From NCBI GenBank assembly GCA_965279515.1, contig CBDIID010000003.1:1408001-1472000 (forward strand): 64,000 nt of DNA. The letters are read 5' to 3'. Within the stretch, counting starts at the first letter, position 1. Each line of letters starts with the position of its first letter. This DNA comes from Turneriella sp. Lineage in GTDB: Bacteria > Spirochaetota > Leptospiria > Turneriellales > Turneriellaceae. Positions 9,361 through 18,642 of the stretch are shown here, in pieces. The notes beneath the pieces are model-generated. The model was given only the letters and a program-made list of their open reading frames with translations. It was not told the origin of the DNA and made no database searches. Both the position numbers and the translations under genes were made by a program.

Positions 9361-10484
9361 ACCAACACCCGACGCAGGCGATTTCCGAAATGCAACATCA
9401 GCTCATAAGAAAAGCTGTGCGCGAGCTCGGCCCAGTATTCGAGCGACGGCAAACCTTCGCCCAAAAGGCGTATCGGCGTTTTGCCGCTGACGTTACCCAC
9501 GATAATCTGGTCCATAGTCACACGACCGCGCAGCGGGTGCTGACCGAAAACAATATTGTTCGACAGCGCGCGCGGTATGCCATCCGCATAACCCAAAGGC
9601 AACACGCCGACTTTTTCATGCTCACCCTCAACGTGGTAGAGCGAAGCATAAGAAATTCCCGCACCCTTTTCCAACGTGCGCACGGAAATCGGCGTCGCCA
9701 CAAGTTCAAGGCAGGGTTTCAGGTTAAAACGCCCGCTATATTTGATGCGGTCTTCTTCAGATTGATAATAGCCGTACGACAGAATTCCCGGACGAATGGC
9801 ATCGTGATGCGCCTCGGGAAAAAACGCCGCGTTGTATGAATTCGCGGCGTGCAGCAGAACGTTTGCGCGCGGAATATGGAGCGCCTGTAAAATTTCATGC
9901 GCAATTTTTTTGAAATCCTCATTTTGCGCCGGCGTATATCTCTCGGCTTCAGAGCCCGTATGAGGAAAATGTGTGAAAATACCGTCGACCCTGAGTTTGG
10001 GCGCGGCTGCGAGCGCAGAGATGAGAGTCGCAACATCTTTCTTTTGAATGCCGATGCGGCCCATACCGAGATCGAGTTTGATGTGGATACCCGCCGGATT
10101 CGAAGCGGCTTCAGAGAGTGCCTGCACCTGCCACAGGTCGGTGAGCGACGGTGTGATACCGTGCGCGATAATATCGCGAATGCCTTCGGGGAAAAATCCC
10201 CCGAGATTGATGACTGGTTTTTGCCAGCCCAGCCGGCGTAGCTCGACCGCCTCGGCGACATTCGCTACGCCCAGCAGATCGACCGGCGATGAGGTAAAAA
10301 ACGGAAACAGCGTTGCCACGCCGCAGCCATAAGCATTCGCCTTCACCGGAAGCAGGATTTTACTTTTGGGCGCGAGTTTTCTAAACTGTGCAAGGTTATG
10401 CTCGAGCGCAGAGCGGTGAATTCTGAGTTCGGGGTAAGGCCCATGCCCGTTGCCGGGGGGATCCGTGTCGCTTTTTCCGATCAT
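9357..10484 (-). CDS. alr: Alanine racemase
   Basis: PVKANAYGCG PLP-Lys motif, HIKLDLGMGRIG, GYADG, GRVTMDQ. Start 10484 overlaps the tadA stop (ATGA). Confidence 0.93.
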   Translation of the reverse strand: MIGKSDTDPPGNGHGPYPELRIHRSALEHNLAQFRKLAPKSKILLPVKANAYGCGVATLFPFFTSSPVDLLGVANVAEAVELRRLGWQKPVINLGGFFPEGIRDIIAHGITPSLTDLWQVQALSEAASNPAGIHIKLDLGMGRIGIQKKDVATLISALAAAPKLRVDGIFTHFPHTGSEAERYTPAQNEDFKKIAHEILQALHIPRANVLLHAANSYNAAFFPEAHHDAIRPGILSYGYYQSEEDRIKYSGRFNLKPCLELVATPISVRTLEKGAGISYASLYHVEGEHEKVGVLPLGYADGIPRALSNNIVFGQHPLRGRVTMDQIIVGNVSGKTPIRLLGEGLPSLEYWAELAHSFSYELMLHFGNRLRRVLV

Positions 10485-10936
10485 TGCCTGCGCATCTGGA
10501 AAAAACGCCGCAGCAGCGACGAGGCATCCCACTCTTCGCTGCGGTGGCGGTAAAGCTGGGGTTTGTGGTTAACTTCCGGCAAAGCCAATAACGAGCGCAG
10601 GCCCGGCATACGCTCTTCTTCGGCAAGAAAATGCACCGAGGCGAGCCGCGACAGCACCACCGCGCCCGAACACATCATGCAGGGTTCGAGCGTCGTCACC
10701 AGATGGCAATCCGTCAGGCGTTCGTTTTTGAGCAGCAGCGAGGCCTTTTCAATCACTGAAAGTTCCGCGTGGCGCAGCGCATTCGACTGCTGCACGATGC
10801 GGTTGTGGTCGCGGGCGATGATTTCGTTGTTGTGTACGATGACCGCCCCGACGGGAACCTCGTTCTCGTTGAAGGCCATTTCGGCTTCGGCGAAGGCGAT
10901 GCCGAGAGCGGTACGTAGCAGTTGTTCATCCAGCAT
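10481..10936 (-). CDS. tadA: tRNA-specific adenosine deaminase
   Basis: EVPVGAVIV, HAE and TLEPCMMC zinc-deaminase motifs. Alternative TTG start at 10960. Confidence 0.85.
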   Translation of the reverse strand: MLDEQLLRTALGIAFAEAEMAFNENEVPVGAVIVHNNEIIARDHNRIVQQSNALRHAELSVIEKASLLLKNERLTDCHLVTTLEPCMMCSGAVVLSRLASVHFLAEEERMPGLRSLLALPEVNHKPQLYRHRSEEWDASSLLRRFFQMRRQ

Positions 10937-10997
10937 TTGATATTTACGGTATAGACCCAATTTAGATTCTAAGACAACTTGTCCAATAAGGATACCT

Positions 10998-11606
10998 ATG
11001 CGCCAGGAAAAACGTAAAGAGCTGACCCGGGAAAAAATTCTGCAGGCTGCGAAACAGGTGTTCGCACAAAAGGGTTATGCCGGCACCTCGATCGCCGAAG
11101 TCGTCAAAAAAAGCAAACTGGCACGGGGCACCTTCTACCTGCACTTCCAGAGCGTCGAGCAGGTCTTAAATGCCCTGCTGCAAGAGATCTTCATCGACAT
11201 CCAGCGCTACCTGACCGACATGCAGGTTGAAGCGCTCGACCATAAGAATTTTAAACTACAGCTGGGCAATCTCGCCAAGTCGCTGCTCTCTGTTTTCCAG
11301 AACCATAAAGAGACGGTTATCCTGCTGCTGACAACCATGAATTCTGAGCCCAAGATCCGTACGCAGACAGTCTGGTTCCAGGAACTCATGCAGGCATCGA
11401 TCCGCGTCATGCTCGACCGCGGTGTATCCTCCGGGCGCCTCAAAAAATTCGACACCGAGCTGATGAGCTTTCTGGTTTCGGGGGGGCTCCGCGAAGTGCT
11501 GTCGCAGTGGCTACTCTATGGCCGTTACAGCAAAGATATTGAAAGTAAAGTCGACGAAATGATCGGCATCTATATGAACGGTGTAGAACTCGAAGAACAG
11601 GGATAA
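10998..11606 (+). CDS. TetR/AcrR family regulator
   Basis: TREKILQAAKQVFAQKGYAGTSIAEVVKKSKLARGTFYLHF HTH. Confidence 0.92.
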   Translation: MRQEKRKELTREKILQAAKQVFAQKGYAGTSIAEVVKKSKLARGTFYLHFQSVEQVLNALLQEIFIDIQRYLTDMQVEALDHKNFKLQLGNLAKSLLSVFQNHKETVILLLTTMNSEPKIRTQTVWFQELMQASIRVMLDRGVSSGRLKKFDTELMSFLVSGGLREVLSQWLLYGRYSKDIESKVDEMIGIYMNGVELEEQG

Positions 11607-11610
11607 TAAC

Positions 11611-12315
11611 ATGAATAAACTCATCTGGTTGATCGCGGCGCTGCTGACAGTTACCGCGTGCAAAGAAAAGACCGGGCCGAAACGCCACAATGAAATTCCG
11701 ATCAACCAGAAGATCGACGGTCTCATTAAAGAAGCAGGCGCCGCGACAGACGACAATAAGAAGGCCTCGCTCTACGGCGAAGTTTCAGAACTCTTCATCG
11801 ACAAAGGGGATTTCCGCCAGGCGATGCTGATGGCACGGCAGGGCGAAAAGGCCAACCCCACACAGAGGCAATGCCTGGCATCGATCGCCGAAGCGCAGAT
11901 TGCCGAGGGCAAACTGGCTGAAGCGGCGGTGACGCTCAAAGACGTTCTGCAACGCCACCCGACCTATGGCCGCGCACACTTCGTACAAGGCAACCTCTCG
12001 GCCAGCAACGGCGACTTTGCCGGCGCGCTGAAAAGTTATGCCGTCGCCGAAAAAGAGAAATTCAATGACCCGCGCCTTCTCATCAACATGGCCGGCGTTT
12101 CGCTGAAGGCGAAGAAGAATAAAGAAGCGATCAAAATCTACGAACGCGCGATCACTTTAAGCCCCGGGCTGGCAGAAGCTTATCTCGGCGCCGGCATTGC
12201 GTCACAGAAAGAGAATAAGAAGACCGATGCGAAGAAATATTTTGAAAAATACGTCGCACTCGCTCCCAACTCTTCGGAAGCAAGCCGCGTCAGAATCTGG
12301 CTGAAAGCGCTCTAA
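11611..12315 (+). CDS. TPR-repeat lipoprotein
   Basis: Lipobox VTAC and multiple TPR helices (A..Y..A....P...AY). Confidence 0.8.
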   Translation: MNKLIWLIAALLTVTACKEKTGPKRHNEIPINQKIDGLIKEAGAATDDNKKASLYGEVSELFIDKGDFRQAMLMARQGEKANPTQRQCLASIAEAQIAEGKLAEAAVTLKDVLQRHPTYGRAHFVQGNLSASNGDFAGALKSYAVAEKEKFNDPRLLINMAGVSLKAKKNKEAIKIYERAITLSPGLAEAYLGAGIASQKENKKTDAKKYFEKYVALAPNSSEASRVRIWLKAL

Positions 12316-12836
12316 GTCTTACCGGCTTTTTCCGCACGCCGCATCTCCAGGCTTTTCTGCAACGAGCTCGAGAGATCGGCGATTGCCGTTTTGATATCGC
12401 GGTTCTTCACGAGGTTCGCCGTGATGACCACCGATCCGGATTTCAGGTCGATAATTTTAACCGTAAAATACTTGAGTACGTCGCCCGATTTGTCTTCGAG
12501 CGCACCCGAGCCGATGACGATCGAATCGGCGCCGGCCATTTTACCGATTGCCACAGCCTGATCAGGGTCGACAAAACCCGACGCGCCGAGCTTCTGCTCT
12601 TTGATGAGTTTTTCAATTTCGGTACGTTCGACCACATCGTAGCCTAAACGCAGAAATTCGTGAATTAACAGGTCGGAGATTTTGTCGTTTTCGCGATAAC
12701 TCAGCCGATCCATTTTAAAGATGGCGATACGTTTGATGCCGTCGGGATCGACATGGCGTGAGATAACGACATCGATGCTGCTGCGGCACGAGAATACCAG
12801 CAAAGACAGGAAAACGACAAGGGCGCGCAACATCAT
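12312..12836 (-). CDS. CsgG/HfaB-like lipoprotein
   Basis: Lipobox VFSC. YDVVERTEIEKLIKEQKLGASGFVDPDQAVAIGKMAGADSIVIG is typical of the CsgG/TolB_N-like fold. Confidence 0.7.
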   Translation of the reverse strand: MMLRALVVFLSLLVFSCRSSIDVVISRHVDPDGIKRIAIFKMDRLSYRENDKISDLLIHEFLRLGYDVVERTEIEKLIKEQKLGASGFVDPDQAVAIGKMAGADSIVIGSGALEDKSGDVLKYFTVKIIDLKSGSVVITANLVKNRDIKTAIADLSSSLQKSLEMRRAEKAGKT

Positions 12837-14017
12837 TGGGGTACCAGCACAAAGCGCATCAGGTGCCGCGACGTCGCCGTAAGCCGTGGCCGAAACCCCG
12901 GGATGACGATTTTTTCCGCGGCTTCAGCCACGCGGGCAATATCGTCTGCAGTGACATCGGCTTCCAGAACAAGCATATCGGCGGAAAAATCCTCGCGGCG
13001 CACTTTGCGTATCGCCTTGAGTTTGCCCACCTCTTTTTCGAACGCACGCGCGACCGCGGCGTCTTTCACCCCTGAAACAAAGATTGTTGCCGGTCGTTTC
13101 AGGGAGGCCAGGCGCAACACCAGTTTCGCGACAAATTTTTCCGCGAGTTCATTAGCCGCGGTTTGGATGGCCTTCTTACCCGCGAGAACTTCAGAGGTGT
13201 GCAGCGTCGGCACCCGTGAATTGAGGCCGTCGGCGTGGATGATCTCACCGGTGTCGGCGAGAATCGCTTTCGCTTCGATGCGGGCATTACAACCCACCAA
13301 ACCCGACGCCAAACCACCCGAAGCATCGCTGGCGCGTTCGCTGAATGCCTCGCCGAGAATGACGATGTCGGCACCGGCTTTGAGGGCAAATTTTTTCATC
13401 GCCGGAATCGATGTGGGAATCGTGGTTTTGTTCTGCCGCATCGAGGCATAGACCTCGGGATCAATGGTCTTAAAACCCGCTTCGCTGAACTGGCGGATAA
13501 ATTCCGTTTCACCGGCAGGGTCCGGTGCAGCACTACGCAGGTGCACTTCGGGAATCACAACCATCACGCGCCACGAGCGCAGTATGCCGTTCTGGCGTAT
13601 CAGGTTCATGAGCGGCATCGGGCTCACAGCCACCTCGAGCGTCATCTTGTAGGTTTCAGCCTCTTTGCCCTCGGCGATTGTTCTTTTTATCACGGCAAGG
13701 CCACCGGCTTCAGAAACAATCTGGTTGTGTATCAGTGAAAAATTTTCAGTTTGCGCGCGCGAGGTGACGTAGTAGCCGATACCCTGCTCAACCGCAGCCA
13801 TCAACGCCGCCTGTTTCGCCGCTTCGCGCGCGGCGTCGACATCACCGCCTGCAATTTCCGCGCGGCCGGTGGCGACAATCACCACGTGTTCGGTCGCAGG
13901 TTTGTCTTGGGCGAAAACCTGTGGAATACATGAGAAGAGTATCAAAAAGACACCGAGAAAGCGCATACGGGAGACATCCCACGGCAAAGCCGATGACGTA
14001 CCCGCGTCGCGGGTCAT
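12833..14017 (-). CDS. Exported protein with FlgT N-terminal-like (LPP20-like) domain
   Basis: ATGRAEI..GDVDAAREAAKQAALMAAVEQGIG pattern and GADIVILGEA middle domain. True start may be MRFLG at 13966. Confidence 0.6.
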   Translation of the reverse strand: MTRDAGTSSALPWDVSRMRFLGVFLILFSCIPQVFAQDKPATEHVVIVATGRAEIAGGDVDAAREAAKQAALMAAVEQGIGYYVTSRAQTENFSLIHNQIVSEAGGLAVIKRTIAEGKEAETYKMTLEVAVSPMPLMNLIRQNGILRSWRVMVVIPEVHLRSAAPDPAGETEFIRQFSEAGFKTIDPEVYASMRQNKTTIPTSIPAMKKFALKAGADIVILGEAFSERASDASGGLASGLVGCNARIEAKAILADTGEIIHADGLNSRVPTLHTSEVLAGKKAIQTAANELAEKFVAKLVLRLASLKRPATIFVSGVKDAAVARAFEKEVGKLKAIRKVRREDFSADMLVLEADVTADDIARVAEAAEKIVIPGFRPRLTATSRHLMRFVLVPQ

Positions 14018-14550
14018 ATGACCATGGGCAGACGGTGTGTCTTGCCGCTGACGGAGAACATATCGCCCGACTGTTTGTAACGCTTGAGCAGGAAGTTAGT
14101 GCTCGTGTGATTCACACCTTCGATCGTAGCAAGTTTGTCGGCGACAAAGAACGCCACGTCGCGCAGCGACGGGCCGTCGACTTCAACCAGAAGGTCAAAG
14201 GAACCTGAAACCAAAAGGCAGGTGCGCACTTCGGGAAACGCTGCGACCTTGCGCGCGACCTCGTCATAACCCTGGCCCTGTGCGGGGGTGACTTTGACCT
14301 GGATGAGCGCATTGACCCCTGAACTTTCGATTTTTTCCCAATTGATGATGGCGCGGTATTTCAGAATAATGCCGGCGGCTTCGAGGTCGCTGCGGATACC
14401 CGAAACCGTCTTTTCGTCGAGTTTGAGCAGGGTCACCAGTTCGGCATTTGTTAACAGGCCATTATCGCCGAGGGCGTTTAAGACCTTGAGTTCCTCGGTT
14501 CCCAGCGTTTTGAGCATGCGTGAGCGCGAAGGTTCGAAACGGGAGGTCAA
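14014..14550 (-). CDS. Lrp/AsnC family regulator
   Basis: N-terminal HTH, LEAAGIILKYRAIINWEK, RAM domain LVSGSFDLLVEV. Alternative ATG at 14517. Confidence 0.9.
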   Translation of the reverse strand: MTSRFEPSRSRMLKTLGTEELKVLNALGDNGLLTNAELVTLLKLDEKTVSGIRSDLEAAGIILKYRAIINWEKIESSGVNALIQVKVTPAQGQGYDEVARKVAAFPEVRTCLLVSGSFDLLVEVDGPSLRDVAFFVADKLATIEGVNHTSTNFLLKRYKQSGDMFSVSGKTHRLPMVI

Positions 14551-14566
14551 TGATTAAACAAAACCG

Positions 14567-16552
14567 CTACGCGCGTTCCGGAATGCGCAGGCGGTATTTC
14601 TCCATCTTGGCCTTCAGGGTATTGATGGTTATCTGAAGTTCTATAGCAGTCTGCCGCTGGTTAAAACGTTTGCGCTGCAGGCAATCACCGATCACCTGGC
14701 GCTCGGCCTCTTCGAGCGGACTCAAAGTCAGATTCTCGGGTGAAGCCAACTGCCGTAGCGGCGCCTTGAAGTGCTCCGCAGCCAGTTCGGTCGTGCCTGC
14801 TTCAGAGAGTAAGATCGTCTCAAGCCGGTGCATGAGCTCGGTCGTGTTCCCCGGCCAACCATACCCCGCGGCGGTATCGAGGAAATTCTTACGGATCACC
14901 CGCCAGGGCGTACCTGTTCTTTCCACGATCGCCGAGGCGAAATAAAAAATCTGCAGGCGCAGGTCGTCTTTGCGGTTGCGCAGTGGCGCGAGGCTCATGA
15001 CCGGCAGCGCCTGCATCACTTCGCCGACAGCGGCATCCGGTAAACGCCGCCATAATTCATCGCATGACCGCACCGTAGCATAGATACGGAATTTTTCAGT
15101 AACGGAATTCAGCGGCGTGACTAAAGAAGAAAGTTCTTCATTGGTTAGAAGGTGAAGATTGCGCAGAATGACGCCGCCTGCCCCCGCTGCTTTCAACGCC
15201 TCCAGCCGGGCTGCGAGATTTACAGAATGCCTGTCGCAATCCAAAATCTCAACACCGGATTTTTTACGGAAAAAATGCAATGCCTGCGCCAGCAGGGTTT
15301 TGCCCGTGCCATCTTCACCTTCGAAAAACACTGTGCCAGTGCCAGGAGCGAGGCGTTTTATTTTTTCGAGGGTAGCAAACAATTCGGGTGATGCAACCAA
15401 AAGTTCGACACCGAAAACTTCGCGGCTCTGGCGCAGGCTATCGGCGCATTCTTCTTTATAATGATCCATAGGATAGCTTGCAGAATCCAGGACCTGGCTG
15501 CGTGTCAGCTCACGCACCGTGTTCGTCAGCCACTTCTCTTTGATAATGGTTTCGGCCTTCAGCAGGTTGAAACTCAGGCGTTTATTATCCGATTCAAGTT
15601 TTACCAGGTTGTCGAGCAGGCCGCGGTTCCATTTGGGCATGACGCGCTCGTTGAAGAGGGTCACGTTATTGTAGCCGCCCGGCTCGGTATTGCTTTGCAC
15701 GTGCATGTCGACCGCAGCGCCGGCCTCGTTCACAAAGGGATAAACTTCGCGGAACTGCGTCAGGTTATCGATTACGACAGAATTCAGCATGTTTGTCAGG
15801 CGTGACAGCGATATGATATTTTCATGCATCTGCCAGGCCTTGCTGTTCTGGATCGCGTGGAAAAGGCGCCGGATGAACAACAGCTCGCCCCGCAGCAGCA
15901 TACGGAATATGCCGTAATGAAAGAAGAGTACGCCGAGAACACCGAACACCGGAAAGGAATAATTCGGAATCAGGATCGGAAAAACCCCGTTGTTGATGAT
16001 CGGGAAGGCAAAGCCGAGCAGACCAAAACCCGCGATCGAGGAAATCTGGAACCGGAGCAGCGTGCTCTCCGATCTACGGTAGATCAGCGCAAGCCTCAAA
16101 AAAGACCCCAGTACGGTCGCCGACATGGATATCACGTAATATTTGTGTAACGGCCCGTGCACGGGAGCAAAACCATGAGGCAAGGCGACGACGCCCTGCT
16201 CGACAAAGCCCAATAATACTGCCCCCAGAACAAATAGCGCATTGGCGGCGATTATATAGCGCACTTTCGAGCGCCGCGCCTCACCAAAACCGTCGCAGAA
16301 CAGAAACAACAACCCGACAGCGATGGCGCCACCGCTGAAAGTCAGCCTCGAACACAGCGCAATGGCATCCTGCGAGAGAAAATCCGCCTTCACGAGAACC
16401 AGCGGGCTAGCCCACAGGCTGAGCGCAGCCGCAAGGCCAGGAAACAACCAACGTGCATTGGTGCCCCTGAGCCTCGCCACAGAGACAAAGCCCATGACGA
16501 GAAGCGGCAAATTAAAGAGCAATAAAATCGTGGTGCTACTATAAACGTTCAA
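14567..16552 (-). CDS. 7TM (HisKA_7TM-like) membrane sensor fused to a degenerate sigma54-activator AAA+ domain and a Fis-type HTH
   Basis: About 7 hydrophobic helices in the first 220 aa. Walker A GEDGTGKT, LAPLRNRKDDL, WPGNTTEL, C-terminal NQRQTAIELQITINTLKAKMEKY. No GAFTGA. Confidence 0.75.
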   Translation of the reverse strand: MNVYSSTTILLLFNLPLLVMGFVSVARLRGTNARWLFPGLAAALSLWASPLVLVKADFLSQDAIALCSRLTFSGGAIAVGLLFLFCDGFGEARRSKVRYIIAANALFVLGAVLLGFVEQGVVALPHGFAPVHGPLHKYYVISMSATVLGSFLRLALIYRRSESTLLRFQISSIAGFGLLGFAFPIINNGVFPILIPNYSFPVFGVLGVLFFHYGIFRMLLRGELLFIRRLFHAIQNSKAWQMHENIISLSRLTNMLNSVVIDNLTQFREVYPFVNEAGAAVDMHVQSNTEPGGYNNVTLFNERVMPKWNRGLLDNLVKLESDNKRLSFNLLKAETIIKEKWLTNTVRELTRSQVLDSASYPMDHYKEECADSLRQSREVFGVELLVASPELFATLEKIKRLAPGTGTVFFEGEDGTGKTLLAQALHFFRKKSGVEILDCDRHSVNLAARLEALKAAGAGGVILRNLHLLTNEELSSLVTPLNSVTEKFRIYATVRSCDELWRRLPDAAVGEVMQALPVMSLAPLRNRKDDLRLQIFYFASAIVERTGTPWRVIRKNFLDTAAGYGWPGNTTELMHRLETILLSEAGTTELAAEHFKAPLRQLASPENLTLSPLEEAERQVIGDCLQRKRFNQRQTAIELQITINTLKAKMEKYRLRIPERA

Positions 16553-17786
16553 CTTTCACACCCTTCAGCACCAAAGCGGAATTCAGCCCGCCCAAGCCAT
16601 GCCCGTTCACGAGAATCGTTTTAAGTTTCGGTGCCTTTCTTTTCGCGGCAACGACATTCAGATTAAATTCCGGATCGGGAATTTTGTAGTTATAATTCGG
16701 CGGGATCTCCTTAGACCAAAGTGCGAGCGCCGAGGCCGCAACCTGGAATGCGCCTGCCGCGGAAAACGGCGAGCCTGTCGCTCCCTTGATTGAAGAGATA
16801 TGGGTAGCCTGCGCGTCACGCTCGCCGAAGACATTGGTGATCGCATCGGCTTCCAGTTTATCGATGATACGATCGCTCGGCGCATGCGCGCTGACATAGT
16901 CGATTTTACCGCGCACTTTCTCTAAAGCCTTGCGCATCACACGCCCCCAGCTTTTCGTTGTGCGGTCGATCATATAGAGCTCGTTCACGTTCTCACTGCC
17001 CTGGGCAAAAGAGACAATTTCAGCATAGATGCGGGCATTGCGCGCTTTCGCATATTCATACTCTTCCAGCACGAACACTCCGGCGCCTTCGCCCAAAACC
17101 GATTTTGTCCGGCGCTGGTCGAAGGGACAGAGTGCATCCGAAACATCCCCGGAGGCTGGGGTCATTTTTGAGCCCGCCAGCGCCCCCATGACGATGCGGC
17201 TGATCGGCGTATCGACGCCACCTGTGATGACGATCTTGGCCTTACCGGCCTGAATGCGCTCTGCCGCAACACCGATCGCGTTGATGCCGCTGACACAAGA
17301 AGAAGACACCGTAGATACATAGCCCTCGGCGCGGGCAAGAAAGGCCACTGCCGACGCCGGAGAATATGTGACTGACTGTAACAGGTCTTTCATATTTATC
17401 ATGCCGGGCTCAAACTGAAGCAGGCTCTTGCTGCTTTTGGCCAATGCGGTCTCGAGTGCATCATAGGCACCAACCGCACAACCCATCACTACATCGGTTT
17501 GCAGGGGATCGGGGTTTCGTAGCCCAGCGTCTTCGAGAGCCATCCTGGCGGCAGCAAAGGCGAACTTGCTGGCCTTGCCGAAATATTTACGCTGGTGGTC
17601 GTTCAGATGCTCTTCTTCATTAAAATCCCGCACCTCGGCGGCCGTGTCTGAAGGAAAGGAGGATGCATCGAAGCCCTTAATGTGATCGACGCCGCTTTTT
17701 CCGGCCAGGAGGTTGGCCCAAAACTCGTCTTTAGTATTCCCTATCGGAGAGACAATGCCGACACCTGTGATTACGCAGCGCTTCAT
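16539..17786 (-). CDS. Orphan beta-ketoacyl synthase (FabF-like) with a non-canonical triad
   Basis: MKRCVITGVGIVSPIG, SSSCVSG (Cys), VSAHAPS (His), SSIKGATGSPFSAAG (second His replaced by Ser), GEGAG. Start taken at 17786. Confidence 0.85.
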   Translation of the reverse strand: MKRCVITGVGIVSPIGNTKDEFWANLLAGKSGVDHIKGFDASSFPSDTAAEVRDFNEEEHLNDHQRKYFGKASKFAFAAARMALEDAGLRNPDPLQTDVVMGCAVGAYDALETALAKSSKSLLQFEPGMINMKDLLQSVTYSPASAVAFLARAEGYVSTVSSSCVSGINAIGVAAERIQAGKAKIVITGGVDTPISRIVMGALAGSKMTPASGDVSDALCPFDQRRTKSVLGEGAGVFVLEEYEYAKARNARIYAEIVSFAQGSENVNELYMIDRTTKSWGRVMRKALEKVRGKIDYVSAHAPSDRIIDKLEADAITNVFGERDAQATHISSIKGATGSPFSAAGAFQVAASALALWSKEIPPNYNYKIPDPEFNLNVVAAKRKAPKLKTILVNGHGLGGLNSALVLKGVKVERL

Positions 17787-17889
17787 AAGACCAACGACGT
17801 ATTTATGAGACGGGATTCCAAGCCTTTTCACAACCCCGGATGTACAATTTCGTTGACCCCCTGTCTCAAAAATAGTTTCAGACGATAAC

Positions 17890-18174
17890 ATGCGAGAAAA
17901 AGTCTACTGCGCCAACTGTGAACATTGCCACGTTGTACGCGTCTTCGAAGCTGATGCTTCCAAATACGTCCTGCGCGTCAAGTGCTCTAAGAAGCGCTGG
18001 GCAAAGCGTTCGGGCGAAGAAAAACAATACAAATACTTCACCGTTGCACGCCGTGTGGTCTCTGACTGCCCCGACTATTCACCGATGGGCGATCCGAACC
18101 CGTTTATCAAGAACCTGCGCCGCGAACTGCCGGTGAAAGACGAAATTTACACGCTGAAAGAATCCGAAGCTTAG
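17890..18174 (+). CDS. Small Cys-rich hypothetical protein (CxxCxxC...C...C)
   Basis: 94 aa ORF with YCANCEHC. Its stop overlaps the next start. Confidence 0.7.
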   Translation: MREKVYCANCEHCHVVRVFEADASKYVLRVKCSKKRWAKRSGEEKQYKYFTVARRVVSDCPDYSPMGDPNPFIKNLRRELPVKDEIYTLKESEA

Positions 18175-18635
18175 TGTCCCGTCCGTTTAAAATCCTCGGT
18201 GTGCAGCAGATTGCTGTTGGCGCCGCGGATAAAACACGTCTGAAAAAACTCTGGGTTGATACCCTGGGCCTCACCCCCAAGGGAGAATTCAAGAGCGAAA
18301 AAGAAAACGTCGACGAAGACATTCTTGAGATCGGCCACGGCGTGCATGCCGTCGAAGTCGATATCATGCAGCCCATCGACCCGGCAAAAAAACCCAAGGT
18401 GGATGAACCGCAGCTAAACCATATCGGCCTCTGGGTCGATAATCTCGCCGTTGCCGTTGACCACCTCACAAAACAGGGCATGCGTTTTACTCCCGGCGGC
18501 ATCCGCAAAGGCGCCGCAGGCTACGACGTCTGTTTTATCCATCCGAAGGCGAACGACGAATTCCCACTCTCTGGCGAAGGCGTTCTCATCGAACTCATCC
18601 AGGCGCCCGACGAAGTCAAAGCCGCACTCGCCTAG
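18174..18635 (+). CDS. VOC family protein, methylmalonyl-CoA epimerase-like
   Basis: [43 protein letters not shown]. Confidence 0.82.
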   Translation: MSRPFKILGVQQIAVGAADKTRLKKLWVDTLGLTPKGEFKSEKENVDEDILEIGHGVHAVEVDIMQPIDPAKKPKVDEPQLNHIGLWVDNLAVAVDHLTKQGMRFTPGGIRKGAAGYDVCFIHPKANDEFPLSGEGVLIELIQAPDEVKAALA

Positions 18636-18642
18636 GCCGGCC

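Noticed and set aside
8656..9408. 250-aa plus-strand ORF, and similar long antisense ORFs such as 3427-4080, 31541-32245 and 62658-63302
   Set aside because: They lie antisense to well-supported genes and have no motifs; they are typical shadow ORFs of GC-rich coding DNA.
16539..17891. Calling this gene the housekeeping fabF, with the long 17891 start
   Set aside because: The second catalytic His is replaced and no acp or fab genes are adjacent. The N-terminal extension would overlap the divergent gene, so 17786 was preferred.
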